Below, one piece after another: positions 7,430-15,028 of a stretch of 18,747 bases of DNA. Made by a program: the position numbers and the translations under genes. Location of the stretch: contig JAGLRQ010000008.1 of the NCBI GenBank assembly GCA_023136205.1, positions 1 through 18,747 of the forward strand, read 5' to 3'. Numbering within the stretch: position 1 is the first letter of the stretch; each line of letters starts with the position of its first letter. The stretch comes from Candidatus Auribacterota bacterium. Its GTDB lineage: Bacteria > Auribacterota > UBA6266. The notes under the pieces were generated by a model that did not search any database, was not told where the DNA came from, and saw only the letters and a program-made list of their open reading frames with translations.

Positions 7430-8263
7430 TTATTCCTCTCCTATTCTAATCCTCACAAAACTCTTAACGGAAATTTCCTCCCCAAGCGTTTTGGATTTCT
7501 CCTGAAGGTATTTTTTAACAGACACTTCAGGATCTTTTACAAATGGCTGATCAAGAAGACAAATTTGTTTAAGAAATTTTGCTACTTTGCCTTCAACAAT
7601 CTTATCAATTATGTTAGCAGGCTTGTCTTTCACCTGTTCTTTGTAAATCTTCCTTTCCCTGTCTAATATATCTTTTATATCTTTGGAAGCATCTTGAGCG
7701 CTTACACAGGCAGGGTTTGATGCCGCTACCTGCAGGGTAATATCTTTTCCAACCCTTTCAATTTCGGGGGATAGTATTTTAGCAGAAAGTTCCACTATAA
7801 CTCCCAGCTTGTTGTCTAAATGAATATATGAAACAAAAGAACCTTCTGTAGAAAGCACTTCCGCTCTGCCAATCTTAATATTTTCCCCAAAGCTGGCTCC
7901 AACCTCACCAATAAGATCTGTAACTTCCTTTTGCCCAATAACTTCCTTGCTCTTTTCAAAAACTATATCCAGGGCTTTATCGGCAAAAACTTTAAACTTA
8001 TCGTTATTTGCAACAAAATCTGTCTCGCAGTTTATTTCAACCATAGCCGCTTTTTTTCCGTCGGCAGAAATCTTAATTCTCATTAAACCCTCTTTAGCAG
8101 CCTTGGCTGAACGCTTGGAAATAGCGGCAAGACCTTTTGTCCTTAAAACATCTACCGCCTGTTCCATATCACCGCTTGTCTCCATGAGAGCTTTTTTACA
8201 ATCCATCATTCCCGCGCTGGTTTTATTTCTCAACTCTTTTACAAGAGTAACTGTTATCTCCAT
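7430..8263 (-). CDS. tsf: Translation elongation factor Ts
   Basis: 277 aa. The N-terminal UBA-like EF-Ts signature is [38 protein letters not shown], followed by [10 protein letters not shown]. It lies directly downstream of rpsB. Confidence 0.95.
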   Translation of the reverse strand: MEITVTLVKELRNKTSAGMMDCKKALMETSGDMEQAVDVLRTKGLAAISKRSAKAAKEGLMRIKISADGKKAAMVEINCETDFVANNDKFKVFADKALDIVFEKSKEVIGQKEVTDLIGEVGASFGENIKIGRAEVLSTEGSFVSYIHLDNKLGVIVELSAKILSPEIERVGKDITLQVAASNPACVSAQDASKDIKDILDRERKIYKEQVKDKPANIIDKIVEGKVAKFLKQICLLDQPFVKDPEVSVKKYLQEKSKTLGEEISVKSFVRIRIGEE

Positions 8264-8282
8264 TTTTCTCTCCTCGGTCCTT

Positions 8283-9137
8283 TTAACTCCCTTTTTCGGT
8301 TATTTTAGTTTTCTTTTTTACGGGCTTCTTATTTTCTTCTTTTTCTTTATTTTCTGGTTTTTTCTCTCCGGGAGTTTTCCCGCCAGTTTCTTTTACAGCT
8401 GTCTTCTCGGCTTCTTCAGGGACCAAAGGCTTTTTATTTGCACCAAGCTTAACCTTTTCCTCGGTTCCTTCCAGAGCGGCATCGGCAATTTTACCCGTCA
8501 TAAGTGCTATTGTTCTCATAGCATCATCATTCCCGGGAATAGGGATATCAATTAAATCCGGGTCGCAATTTGTATCCACAAGAGCAATAACTGAAATCTT
8601 CAGCTTTTTCGCCTCCATAATTGCAATTTTTTCCCTTTTAGGATCAACAACAAAAACTACCCCCGGAATCTTTTTCATATCTCTTATGCCCTCGAGATAT
8701 TTCTTAAGCTTAGCCTTTTCATTTCCGATTTTAACAACTTCTTTTTTTGTAAAGTTTTCAAGAAACCCTTCTTCTTCCTGTTTCTCTATTTCATTAAGCC
8801 TTGATATACTCTTTTTTATGGTAACAAAATTTGTTAGAGTTCCCCCTAACCAGCGTTCATTTACATAGTACATACCACATTTATTAGCAGCTTCCTTTAT
8901 GCATTCCTTAGCTTGTTTTTTGGTCCCCACAAAAAGCACTTCCTGTCCAGAAGAAACAATATCCCTGATAAATTTGTAAGCCTCTTCAAGCTGAACAGCG
9001 GTTTTTTGAAGATCGATTATATATATCCCGTTGCGCGATTCAAAAATATACTTCTTCATTTTAGGATTCCACCTATGGGTTTGATGCCCGAAATGGACTC
9101 CTGCTTCCAGTAACTCCTTAATTGTTATTACTGACAC
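8283..9137 (-). CDS. rpsB: 30S ribosomal protein S2 with a Lys/Glu-rich C-terminal extension
   Basis: 284 aa with a GTG start at 9137 and AGGAGG at 9148-9143. Core segments are [45 protein letters not shown] and [20 protein letters not shown]. Confidence 0.95.
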   Translation of the reverse strand: MSVITIKELLEAGVHFGHQTHRWNPKMKKYIFESRNGIYIIDLQKTAVQLEEAYKFIRDIVSSGQEVLFVGTKKQAKECIKEAANKCGMYYVNERWLGGTLTNFVTIKKSISRLNEIEKQEEEGFLENFTKKEVVKIGNEKAKLKKYLEGIRDMKKIPGVVFVVDPKREKIAIMEAKKLKISVIALVDTNCDPDLIDIPIPGNDDAMRTIALMTGKIADAALEGTEEKVKLGANKKPLVPEEAEKTAVKETGGKTPGEKKPENKEKEENKKPVKKKTKITEKGS

Positions 9138-9156
9138 AACTACCTCCTTTTAGTTA

Positions 9157-9222
9157 GAATTCCGGTACTTTCTCTCAAAGAAAAGCCCTCGGTTCACTTT
9201 TTTCTATAAATAACCGGAATTC
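9157..9222 (-). promoter_or_regulatory. Long-range 10-bp helix in the rpsB 5' leader
   Basis: GAATTCCGGT (9157-9166) is the exact reverse complement of ACCGGAATTC (9213-9222). The arms are 46 nt apart. The downstream arm ends 8 nt before the rpsB Shine-Dalgarno. Confidence 0.4.
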
Positions 9223-9265
9223 AATCCCCTTCGGCTTCTCATTACAAAAAAATAAAGCAGGGTAT

Positions 9266-9293
9266 ATGTTAACAAAATTTTGCTGATTTGCAA
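9266..9293 (-). promoter_or_regulatory. Weak candidate sigma70 promoter for rpsB-tsf (TTGCAA-N16-TAACAT)
   Basis: The minus strand reads cccTTGCAAatcagcaaaattttgtTAACATatacc. Each hexamer matches consensus at 4/6. The spacer contains the 10-nt palindrome CAAAATTTTG. Confidence 0.25.
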
Positions 9294-9329
9294 GGGAAAA
9301 AGCAAGCAAGCAGGCAACCAGGATTGTGC

Positions 9330-10016
9330 TTAAACTTTATCTGCTTTACCATTCATATCTTTTGTCTTCAATTCTTCCGCACATATCCGGCCCAATTCAA
9401 GAAGAACATCTTTCAGTTTACTGCGATATCTTTCAAATTCATCACTTGGAAGATTCCTGGGTATTTCCATTGGCTCTCCAAAAGCCATATGCACTCTCCC
9501 AAAAGGCTTAACAATCATAAGCCTATCCCAGCTTTTTAGTTCCCATTTACGTGTTGCGTCGTAGCTCACAGGAATAATTCTTCCGCCTGTCAACTGTGCC
9601 AGTTTTATAACACCCTCATTTGCCGCGTAAGCAGGCCCCCTGGGGCCATCAATGGCTATGCCTATATTATTTCCCTGAGATGCCTTATCAGTAAGATTCC
9701 TGACAGCCTGCTGTCCACCCCTGCTTGAAGAACCTCTTATAGCATCCAGCCCAAGCCTATACGCCAGCGCAGTAGCATAGTCTCCATCTTTACTCATACT
9801 TATAAGGATGGTCGTTTTTCTCTTCTTATTGTTTTTAGCACAATAGTATGCGAGATAAAACAACCGGTTATGCCAAAAAGCAAATATATTATTCCCTTCT
9901 CCGGCATATTTGTGAAAAATATCCGGACTGGTAACTGAATTTTTATTCAGGTTGCAAACAGCCTTTAAAAATAAACTAAAAATAAACGCAAAAATTTTTG
10001 TTAGAAGAGTATGCAT
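9330..10016 (-). CDS. DUF374 domain protein (lysophospholipid acyltransferase-like, usually associated with Kdo transferase/lipid A genes)
   Basis: 228 aa. Typical DUF374 segments are IFAFWHNRLF, ILISMSKDGDYATALAYRLGLDAIRGSSSRGGQQA, IAIDGPRGP and SWDRLMIVKPFGR. No Shine-Dalgarno is visible before ATG 10016. Confidence 0.75.
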   Translation of the reverse strand: MHTLLTKIFAFIFSLFLKAVCNLNKNSVTSPDIFHKYAGEGNNIFAFWHNRLFYLAYYCAKNNKKRKTTILISMSKDGDYATALAYRLGLDAIRGSSSRGGQQAVRNLTDKASQGNNIGIAIDGPRGPAYAANEGVIKLAQLTGGRIIPVSYDATRKWELKSWDRLMIVKPFGRVHMAFGEPMEIPRNLPSDEFERYRSKLKDVLLELGRICAEELKTKDMNGKADKV

Positions 10017-10024
10017 ACTTGTAC

Positions 10025-10056
10025 CGTGCTTAGAACTTAGAGTTTATCTGTTTTCT
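10025..10056. repeat. Direct repeat, left (uninterrupted) copy
   Basis: CGTGCTTAG-AAC-TTAGAGTTTATCTGTTTTCT. It lies 8 nt from the DUF374 start codon. Confidence 0.85.
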
Positions 10057-10194
10057 GTCTTATTCTTAATCTGCACTGTGTCATAAACCAAAATCCTAAA
10101 TCCCAATATCTAAATCCTAAACAAATTCAAAATTTTAAATATTCTAATGTTCAAAACTAATCCTGTTTCAGTCATTTGATATTGTTTAGAATTT

Positions 10195-10289
10195 CGTGCT
10201 TAGTCTCTGGAATTTCAGAGAAATTCCGAGGACTTAGTCCCGGAAATCTTCCAGATTTCTCGGGGGAATTTAGAGTCTATCTGTTTTCT
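10195..10289. repeat. Direct repeat, right copy, interrupted by a 66-nt insert
   Basis: CGTGCTTAG (10195-10203), then 66 nt, then TTAGAGTCTATCTGTTTTCT (10270-10289). This is 28/29 identical to the left copy outside the insert. Its last 2 nt overlap the msbA stop codon (10288-10290). Confidence 0.85.
10204..10269 (-). repeat. 66-nt palindromic insert; its central hairpin may act as the msbA terminator
   Basis: The central stem is TTCCG(A)GGAC (10224-10233), loop TTA, GTCCCGGAA (10237-10245), 9 bp with one bulge. On the minus-strand RNA it is followed by UUUCUCU. The outer pairings CTGGAA (10207-10212)/TTCCAG (10249-10254) and GAGAAAT (10218-10224)/ATTTCTC (10255-10261) compete with each other. 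Confidence 0.7.
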
Positions 10290-12093
10290 ACATATCAAAT
10301 TGCAAATTGTAAAGCTTTTTATAAAGGCCGCCCTTCCGCATCAGTTCTTCGTGGGAACCCTGTTGAACAATCGTCCCCTTTTCCAGTACCATTATGGAAT
10401 CGGCATTTCTAACTGTTGAAAGCCTGTGAGCTATGACAAACACAGTTCTTTCTTTCATAAGAACATTAAGAGCCTCCTGAACAAGCCTTTCCGATTCTGT
10501 ATCCAGGGAAGAGGTCGCTTCATCAAGAATAAGTATAGGAGGATTTTTTATAAGAGCCCTTGCTATCGTTACCCTCTGTTTCTCACCCCCCGATAACCTT
10601 ACACCTCTTTCACCTATTACTGTATCGTAACCATTCTTAAAAGATGAAATAAAACTATGGGCATTAGCTTTTTTTGCCGCTTCTATCATCTTATCTCTAC
10701 CTATTTCACGGTAGCCATAAGTGATATTATTAGCTATTGTATCATTGAAAAGTATGGTTTCCTGGGTAACTATCCCCAATTGAGACCTTAAAGATTTAAT
10801 GGTAAATTCCCTAATATCCCTGTCGTCTATCAATATAGAGCCTGATGAAGGATCATAAAATCTCGGCAGTAGATTTACAAGCGTTGACTTTCCAGACCCA
10901 CTAGGCCCCACAATGGCCAAAACCTGTCCAGGCGATACACTAATAGATATTTTTTTCAGTACCATCTCAGGATTGTCTTGATAAGAAAAAGCAATATCTC
11001 TTAACTCTATGCTTTGTTTAAAACTATAAAGCTCTACCGCACCAGGCAATTCTTTAATTTCCGATTCTGTATCAAGTATTGCAAAAAGCTTTCCCGCTGC
11101 AGCTGCTGCTCTTTGAACATATACATTGGTTTTTGCCAAAGTTTTGGCCGGCTTAAAACAAGATGCCACCAACCCGTAAAAATAGAACAACCAACCAGGA
11201 GTCAAATCCCCTTTTACCACTTCTTTAAACCCATAAATGCTTATACCCGCAAGAATAACTATTCCAACCATTTCAACAAGCGGGCTGACAAAAGCTTCTC
11301 TCTTTACCGCCTTCATCATTAAGCGGTAATAATTGTTATTCTCTTTCTGGAACCTGCCTTTTTCATATTCTTCCATGTTAAAAGCTTTTACTATCCGTAC
11401 ACCAGTAACTGTTTCCTGCATTATGGAATTCAGGTCAGCAACCCTATCCTGCGACCGAGAGGCAAGCTTCTTTATCTTTTTCCCTACAATAGATACGGGC
11501 CAGATAATTATGGGAGAAATCAGAATAATAAGAACAGCAAGCTTCCATTCAATAATAAAAATGATCGCAAGGCATAAGAAAAGCTGCATACCTTCAAAAA
11601 TAGCTTCTGCCGCCCTTCCTGAAAGCCCTTCTTTTAGGAGTGACGCATCATATGTAACCCTCGACATAAGTTCTCCTGTCCGGCTCTCCGTAAAATAACT
11701 GAGGGAAAGTTCATGTATGTGCGAATATACTTTTCCTCTCAAATCCCGGACAACCCCTTGCCCCAGTTTCTCCATTAACACCTTCTGAGCATAGGTAAAA
11801 ACACCTTTTAAGCATAAGCTCGCGATTATAAAACCAATTGCGAAATACAGGAGCTTTATCCTTTCAATTGTATTTAAAAAGGCAAAAAAGGAATTGAGTT
11901 GTTCTTTAAATGGAAAAATAAGAGAAGTGGTATCCGAAAGTTCTTTCCCCATAAGAACTTTGTCCATTATGGGGACCAAAGTCCCCAGGGATACCACACT
12001 GAAAATCGTAGCAAAAAACATGCAGAAAAGACCCATCACAAGATAAGTAGTGTATGGTCTTATGTATTTTAAAAGGCGTTTATATTCTTTCAT
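10288..12093 (-). CDS. msbA: Lipid A export ABC transporter, fused permease/ATPase (MsbA-like)
   Basis: 601 aa with an N-terminal six-helix ABC exporter domain. The motifs are Walker A GPSGSGKST, signature LSGGEKQR, Walker B ILILDEATSSLD and H-loop VIAHRLST. Its ATG overlaps the lpxB stop (ATGA), indicating translational coupling inside the lipid A cluster. Confidence 0.8.
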   Translation of the reverse strand: MKEYKRLLKYIRPYTTYLVMGLFCMFFATIFSVVSLGTLVPIMDKVLMGKELSDTTSLIFPFKEQLNSFFAFLNTIERIKLLYFAIGFIIASLCLKGVFTYAQKVLMEKLGQGVVRDLRGKVYSHIHELSLSYFTESRTGELMSRVTYDASLLKEGLSGRAAEAIFEGMQLFLCLAIIFIIEWKLAVLIILISPIIIWPVSIVGKKIKKLASRSQDRVADLNSIMQETVTGVRIVKAFNMEEYEKGRFQKENNNYYRLMMKAVKREAFVSPLVEMVGIVILAGISIYGFKEVVKGDLTPGWLFYFYGLVASCFKPAKTLAKTNVYVQRAAAAAGKLFAILDTESEIKELPGAVELYSFKQSIELRDIAFSYQDNPEMVLKKISISVSPGQVLAIVGPSGSGKSTLVNLLPRFYDPSSGSILIDDRDIREFTIKSLRSQLGIVTQETILFNDTIANNITYGYREIGRDKMIEAAKKANAHSFISSFKNGYDTVIGERGVRLSGGEKQRVTIARALIKNPPILILDEATSSLDTESERLVQEALNVLMKERTVFVIAHRLSTVRNADSIMVLEKGTIVQQGSHEELMRKGGLYKKLYNLQFDM

Positions 12094-13226
12094 CCCGCTG
12101 CCATTTTTATCGCTATATCAGCCGCACGTTTACTCGCCCCGGGATTTCCCAGAAACCCCTTTATTTTAGCAAGCTTACCCGTTATATCATTAAACAAGGC
12201 GGCATCTTTTATTATTTTCTCAGTTTCTCTGGCTATCTTCAATCCATTTACATCATTTTGAATAAGTTCCGGAACAACTTTCTCGCCAAGAACTACATTG
12301 GCAAGTCCGATACAGGGGATTTTAATCAAATGTTTTCCGAGAAAATAAGTTATCCAGCTCACTTTGTAGATTATAACCATCGGTGTAGAAAAGAAACCCG
12401 TTTGAAGCGTTGCTGTTCCGGATGAAACTATGGCAAAATCACTATGCTTCATTACATCAAAAGCCATATCCCTCACAATCACAACTTTAATATCATGCTT
12501 ATTTATCTCATTTTTTATAATTGGTTCAAGATTGGAAGAAGCACAGCCTATTACAAACTGTTCAATTCCACAGCTTTTCTTAAGCAGCTGTATAGCCTTC
12601 ATTATTTCCGGTAAAAGTTTTCTAACTTCATTTTCCCTGCTACCCGGCAAAATACCAATAAGTTTCTTTTCCCCATTTAAACCAATATTTTTAAAAAAAT
12701 CTTCTTTTTTACAAGATGTTTGCATAATGTCTACCAGCGGATGTCCGACAAATTCAACATCAAGTCCGGTTTGCGCATAGTACTTCTTTTCAAAGGGAAA
12801 TATTACGATTAATTTATCCGCAATTTTTGCCATTTTTCGAACACGATTCTTTTTCCATGCCCAGACCTGCGGGCTTATGTAATAAAGGATCTTAGTGCCC
12901 AAACGTTTTGCAGACCTGGCAAACATCATATTAAATCCGGGATAATCAATAAGGATAATCAAATCCGGTTTTTCATCCTTTACGGCTTTCAAAAGCATCG
13001 AAAATACTTTTCTAAAAAGAAAGTAATGTTTACACACTTCAAAAAAGCCTACAACTGAAACAGCGGTAAGGTCAAAGAGAAGTTTTACGCCCGCATTTTT
13101 CATCAATACGCCGCCGGCACCAATAAAAACAGCCGAGGGATCTCTCTCTTTGATTTTTTTTACCAGGTTTGAAGCGTGAAGATCGCCAGAATGCTCACCA
13201 GCGATAATAAAATATTTATTCCCCAT
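12090..13226 (-). CDS. lpxB: Lipid-A-disaccharide synthase
   Basis: The LpxB N-terminus is YFIIAGEHSGDLHASNLVKKIK, followed by DYPGFN, YYISPQVWAWKKNR, ILPGSR and SGTATLQ. The track ORF begins at a TTG (13253). I prefer ATG 13226 (MGNKYFII...), which has AAGG upstream and overlaps the preceding gene by 11 nt. Confidence 0.9.
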   Translation of the reverse strand: MGNKYFIIAGEHSGDLHASNLVKKIKERDPSAVFIGAGGVLMKNAGVKLLFDLTAVSVVGFFEVCKHYFLFRKVFSMLLKAVKDEKPDLIILIDYPGFNMMFARSAKRLGTKILYYISPQVWAWKKNRVRKMAKIADKLIVIFPFEKKYYAQTGLDVEFVGHPLVDIMQTSCKKEDFFKNIGLNGEKKLIGILPGSRENEVRKLLPEIMKAIQLLKKSCGIEQFVIGCASSNLEPIIKNEINKHDIKVVIVRDMAFDVMKHSDFAIVSSGTATLQTGFFSTPMVIIYKVSWITYFLGKHLIKIPCIGLANVVLGEKVVPELIQNDVNGLKIARETEKIIKDAALFNDITGKLAKIKGFLGNPGASKRAADIAIKMAAG

Positions 13227-14145
13227 ATTGGCCTTTTTCAATCTGCTCCGCAATTTTCACAGCAACTTCCAGGGCCTGCTTCCCATGTTCCCCGCTTACT
13301 ACAGGATCAAGCCGATGTATTATGCAATCGATAAAGGATTCAAGTTCTAACCTGAGCGGCTCTGCCTTTTCAAAAGGAATAACCCTTTTTGCTATCCTGA
13401 AAAGCTTTTTTTGGTAAAGAACCCCCTGCTGTTTTTCATAATCAAGAGAAATATAAGTATTGGGTTGGAAAACTCTTATTTTTCTCATGTTACTGGGAGA
13501 AACCCGGCTGGTTGTAACATTCGCCACACACCCGTTTTCAAATCTTATTCTGGCATTGGCAATATCAGCAGTTTTATGAATTACCCCGACACCAACAGCA
13601 TCTGTAGAAGAAATCTTGCTTCTTACCATATTAAGAATAATATCAATATCATGAATCATAAGGTCAAGGACAACGCTGACATCTGTGCCGCGCGGATTAT
13701 ATTTACACAAACGGTGCACTTCAATAAATTTAGGTTCGGTAAGTATTTTCTGAAAACTAATTATCGCGGGATTAAACCTTTCAATATGACCCACCTGAAC
13801 AATACAGCCCCTCTCTTTTGCAAGTTCTAAAAGCTCCTGCGCCTGCCAGACTTCAGATGTTATGGGTTTTTCAATAAGTACATCTTTGCCCGCTCTTAAA
13901 ACCTCCCTGGCAAGTTTGTAATGAAGGGTTGTGGGAGCCGCTATACTTACTGCCTCTATCTTCTTGAGAAGTTTGCGATAATCTCGAAATGGTTCACACT
14001 GACACTTTTGAGCGATTTCCTGAACTTTCTTTCTTCTTATATCAGCCACACCAACAAGCCTGGCATTCTTCAAAAGAGAATATATTCTCGCATGATGCTG
14101 CCCGAGATGGCCTACTCCTATTACACCAACTTTAACCTGTTTCAT
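13216..14145 (-). CDS. Gfo/Idh/MocA family NAD(P)-dependent oxidoreductase (candidate UDP-GlcNAc 3-dehydrogenase GnnA)
   Basis: 309 aa. The N-terminal Rossmann motif is VGVIGVGHLGQHH, followed by EKP (LIEKPI). The C-terminal alpha/beta domain is typical of the family. It is embedded between lpxI and lpxB with a 10-nt gap on one side and an 11-nt overlap on the other. The GnnA call is contextual inference. Confidence 0.8.
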   Translation of the reverse strand: MKQVKVGVIGVGHLGQHHARIYSLLKNARLVGVADIRRKKVQEIAQKCQCEPFRDYRKLLKKIEAVSIAAPTTLHYKLAREVLRAGKDVLIEKPITSEVWQAQELLELAKERGCIVQVGHIERFNPAIISFQKILTEPKFIEVHRLCKYNPRGTDVSVVLDLMIHDIDIILNMVRSKISSTDAVGVGVIHKTADIANARIRFENGCVANVTTSRVSPSNMRKIRVFQPNTYISLDYEKQQGVLYQKKLFRIAKRVIPFEKAEPLRLELESFIDCIIHRLDPVVSGEHGKQALEVAVKIAEQIEKGQYGE

Positions 14146-14155
14146 TTATTCGCCT

Positions 14156-14995
14156 TCAACTATTTTGTACAATTACAGAAGAATCAACACCAACAATTTT
14201 TATATTATTTTTCCTGGCCATTTCGATAACTTTTTCCTTATCGAAAAAGATTGTTTTGCCGGCTTCAATTGCCATCACATAAACCCCTGCCGAGACAGCC
14301 GTTTTTATAGTATCAATGCCTATAACAGGAACATCGAATCTCATATCCTGAGCAGGTTTTGAAACTTTTACAACAACCGCTCCGGCACCGGCTATTTCCC
14401 CAGACCTTCTAATAGTCGCGTCAGTTCCTTCCATTGCCTCAACACCGATAACTGCTTTATTTTTTACCACAACCGTTTGCCCTATATCAAGGCCAGAGAC
14501 ACCTTTTGCCATTTTTACCCCAAAATTTATGTCTTCCTTTTGAGATTTACTCAAGCGTCTACCGGTAATTAACCCATCCGGCGCAAGCAAGGATTTAATG
14601 TATAATGTTGAGTCTTCCAGTTTTATACCTTCTTTTTCTATTTCGTCCGCCACACTTTTTAAAACCGTACCAGCCCTCCTATCCCTTAATTTAAAAATTA
14701 GCTTAATAAGCCTCAGGTCAAGACCAATAAAATTTTTAAGGACAATACGCGGATTAATCTGCCCAACCATAACCGCAGATTTTACATCTCTGCTTTTAAA
14801 TATACGAATAAGCTTAGAAATCTGCCCGGTCCTTAACCAGTGAAGCTCATCAACGTATTTAGAGAGCTCCTTCATTGTCTCTCCGTAAAAACCAATAGCA
14901 ACAATTTTCTTTACCCCTTCCTTACGGGCTGCTCTGGCAAACTGAGCGGGAAACGTGTTATTACCGGCTATTAACCCTATTTTTTTTTCAACCAT
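14156..14995 (-). CDS. lpxI: UDP-2,3-diacylglucosamine pyrophosphatase LpxI (DUF1009)
   Basis: 279 aa. IGLIAGNNTFPAQFARAARKEG at the N-terminus, then AVMVGQI, DIGQTVVV and FDVPVIG match the LpxI/DUF1009 family. Its position between lpxA and lpxB is as in alphaproteobacterial clusters. Confidence 0.85.
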   Translation of the reverse strand: MVEKKIGLIAGNNTFPAQFARAARKEGVKKIVAIGFYGETMKELSKYVDELHWLRTGQISKLIRIFKSRDVKSAVMVGQINPRIVLKNFIGLDLRLIKLIFKLRDRRAGTVLKSVADEIEKEGIKLEDSTLYIKSLLAPDGLITGRRLSKSQKEDINFGVKMAKGVSGLDIGQTVVVKNKAVIGVEAMEGTDATIRRSGEIAGAGAVVVKVSKPAQDMRFDVPVIGIDTIKTAVSAGVYVMAIEAGKTIFFDKEKVIEMARKNNIKIVGVDSSVIVQNS

Positions 14996-15028
14996 ACAAA
15001 TTTCTCTTAGATATTCTATCGGAAAGGA

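Noticed and set aside
7947-8555. 202-aa plus-strand ORF, plus the other 100-156-aa ORFs lying antisense to annotated genes. These are 2014..2388, 3324..3794, 3807..4160, 4510..4833, 5205..5582, 11333..11698, 12054..12425, 12430..12780, 13411..13830, 14955..15281, 15245..15589 and 17882..18214.
   Set aside because: Each lies entirely antisense to a gene with strong family motifs. The translations are low-complexity (F/S/L/I-rich) with no recognisable domain and no RBS. This is typical shadow-frame behaviour in A/T-rich, purine-skewed coding DNA.
10091-10118. The tandem AAATCCT heptamers, and the repeats at 10025/10195, as a possible CRISPR array
   Set aside because: The units are 7 nt with no spacers. 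The 29-nt repeat occurs only twice, is separated by 138 nt of A/T-rich DNA, and has no cas genes nearby. This is not CRISPR architecture.
10110-10175. 21-codon minus-strand sORF (MTETGLVLNIRIFKILNLFRI) inside the non-coding island
   Set aside because: There is no Shine-Dalgarno. It lies in A/T-rich DNA where short ORFs are expected by chance, and nothing supports translation.
10176-10412. 78-aa plus-strand ORF spanning the palindromic insert and the 3' end of msbA
   Set aside because: It overlaps msbA antisense and runs through the repeat element. There is no RBS and no recognisable protein features.
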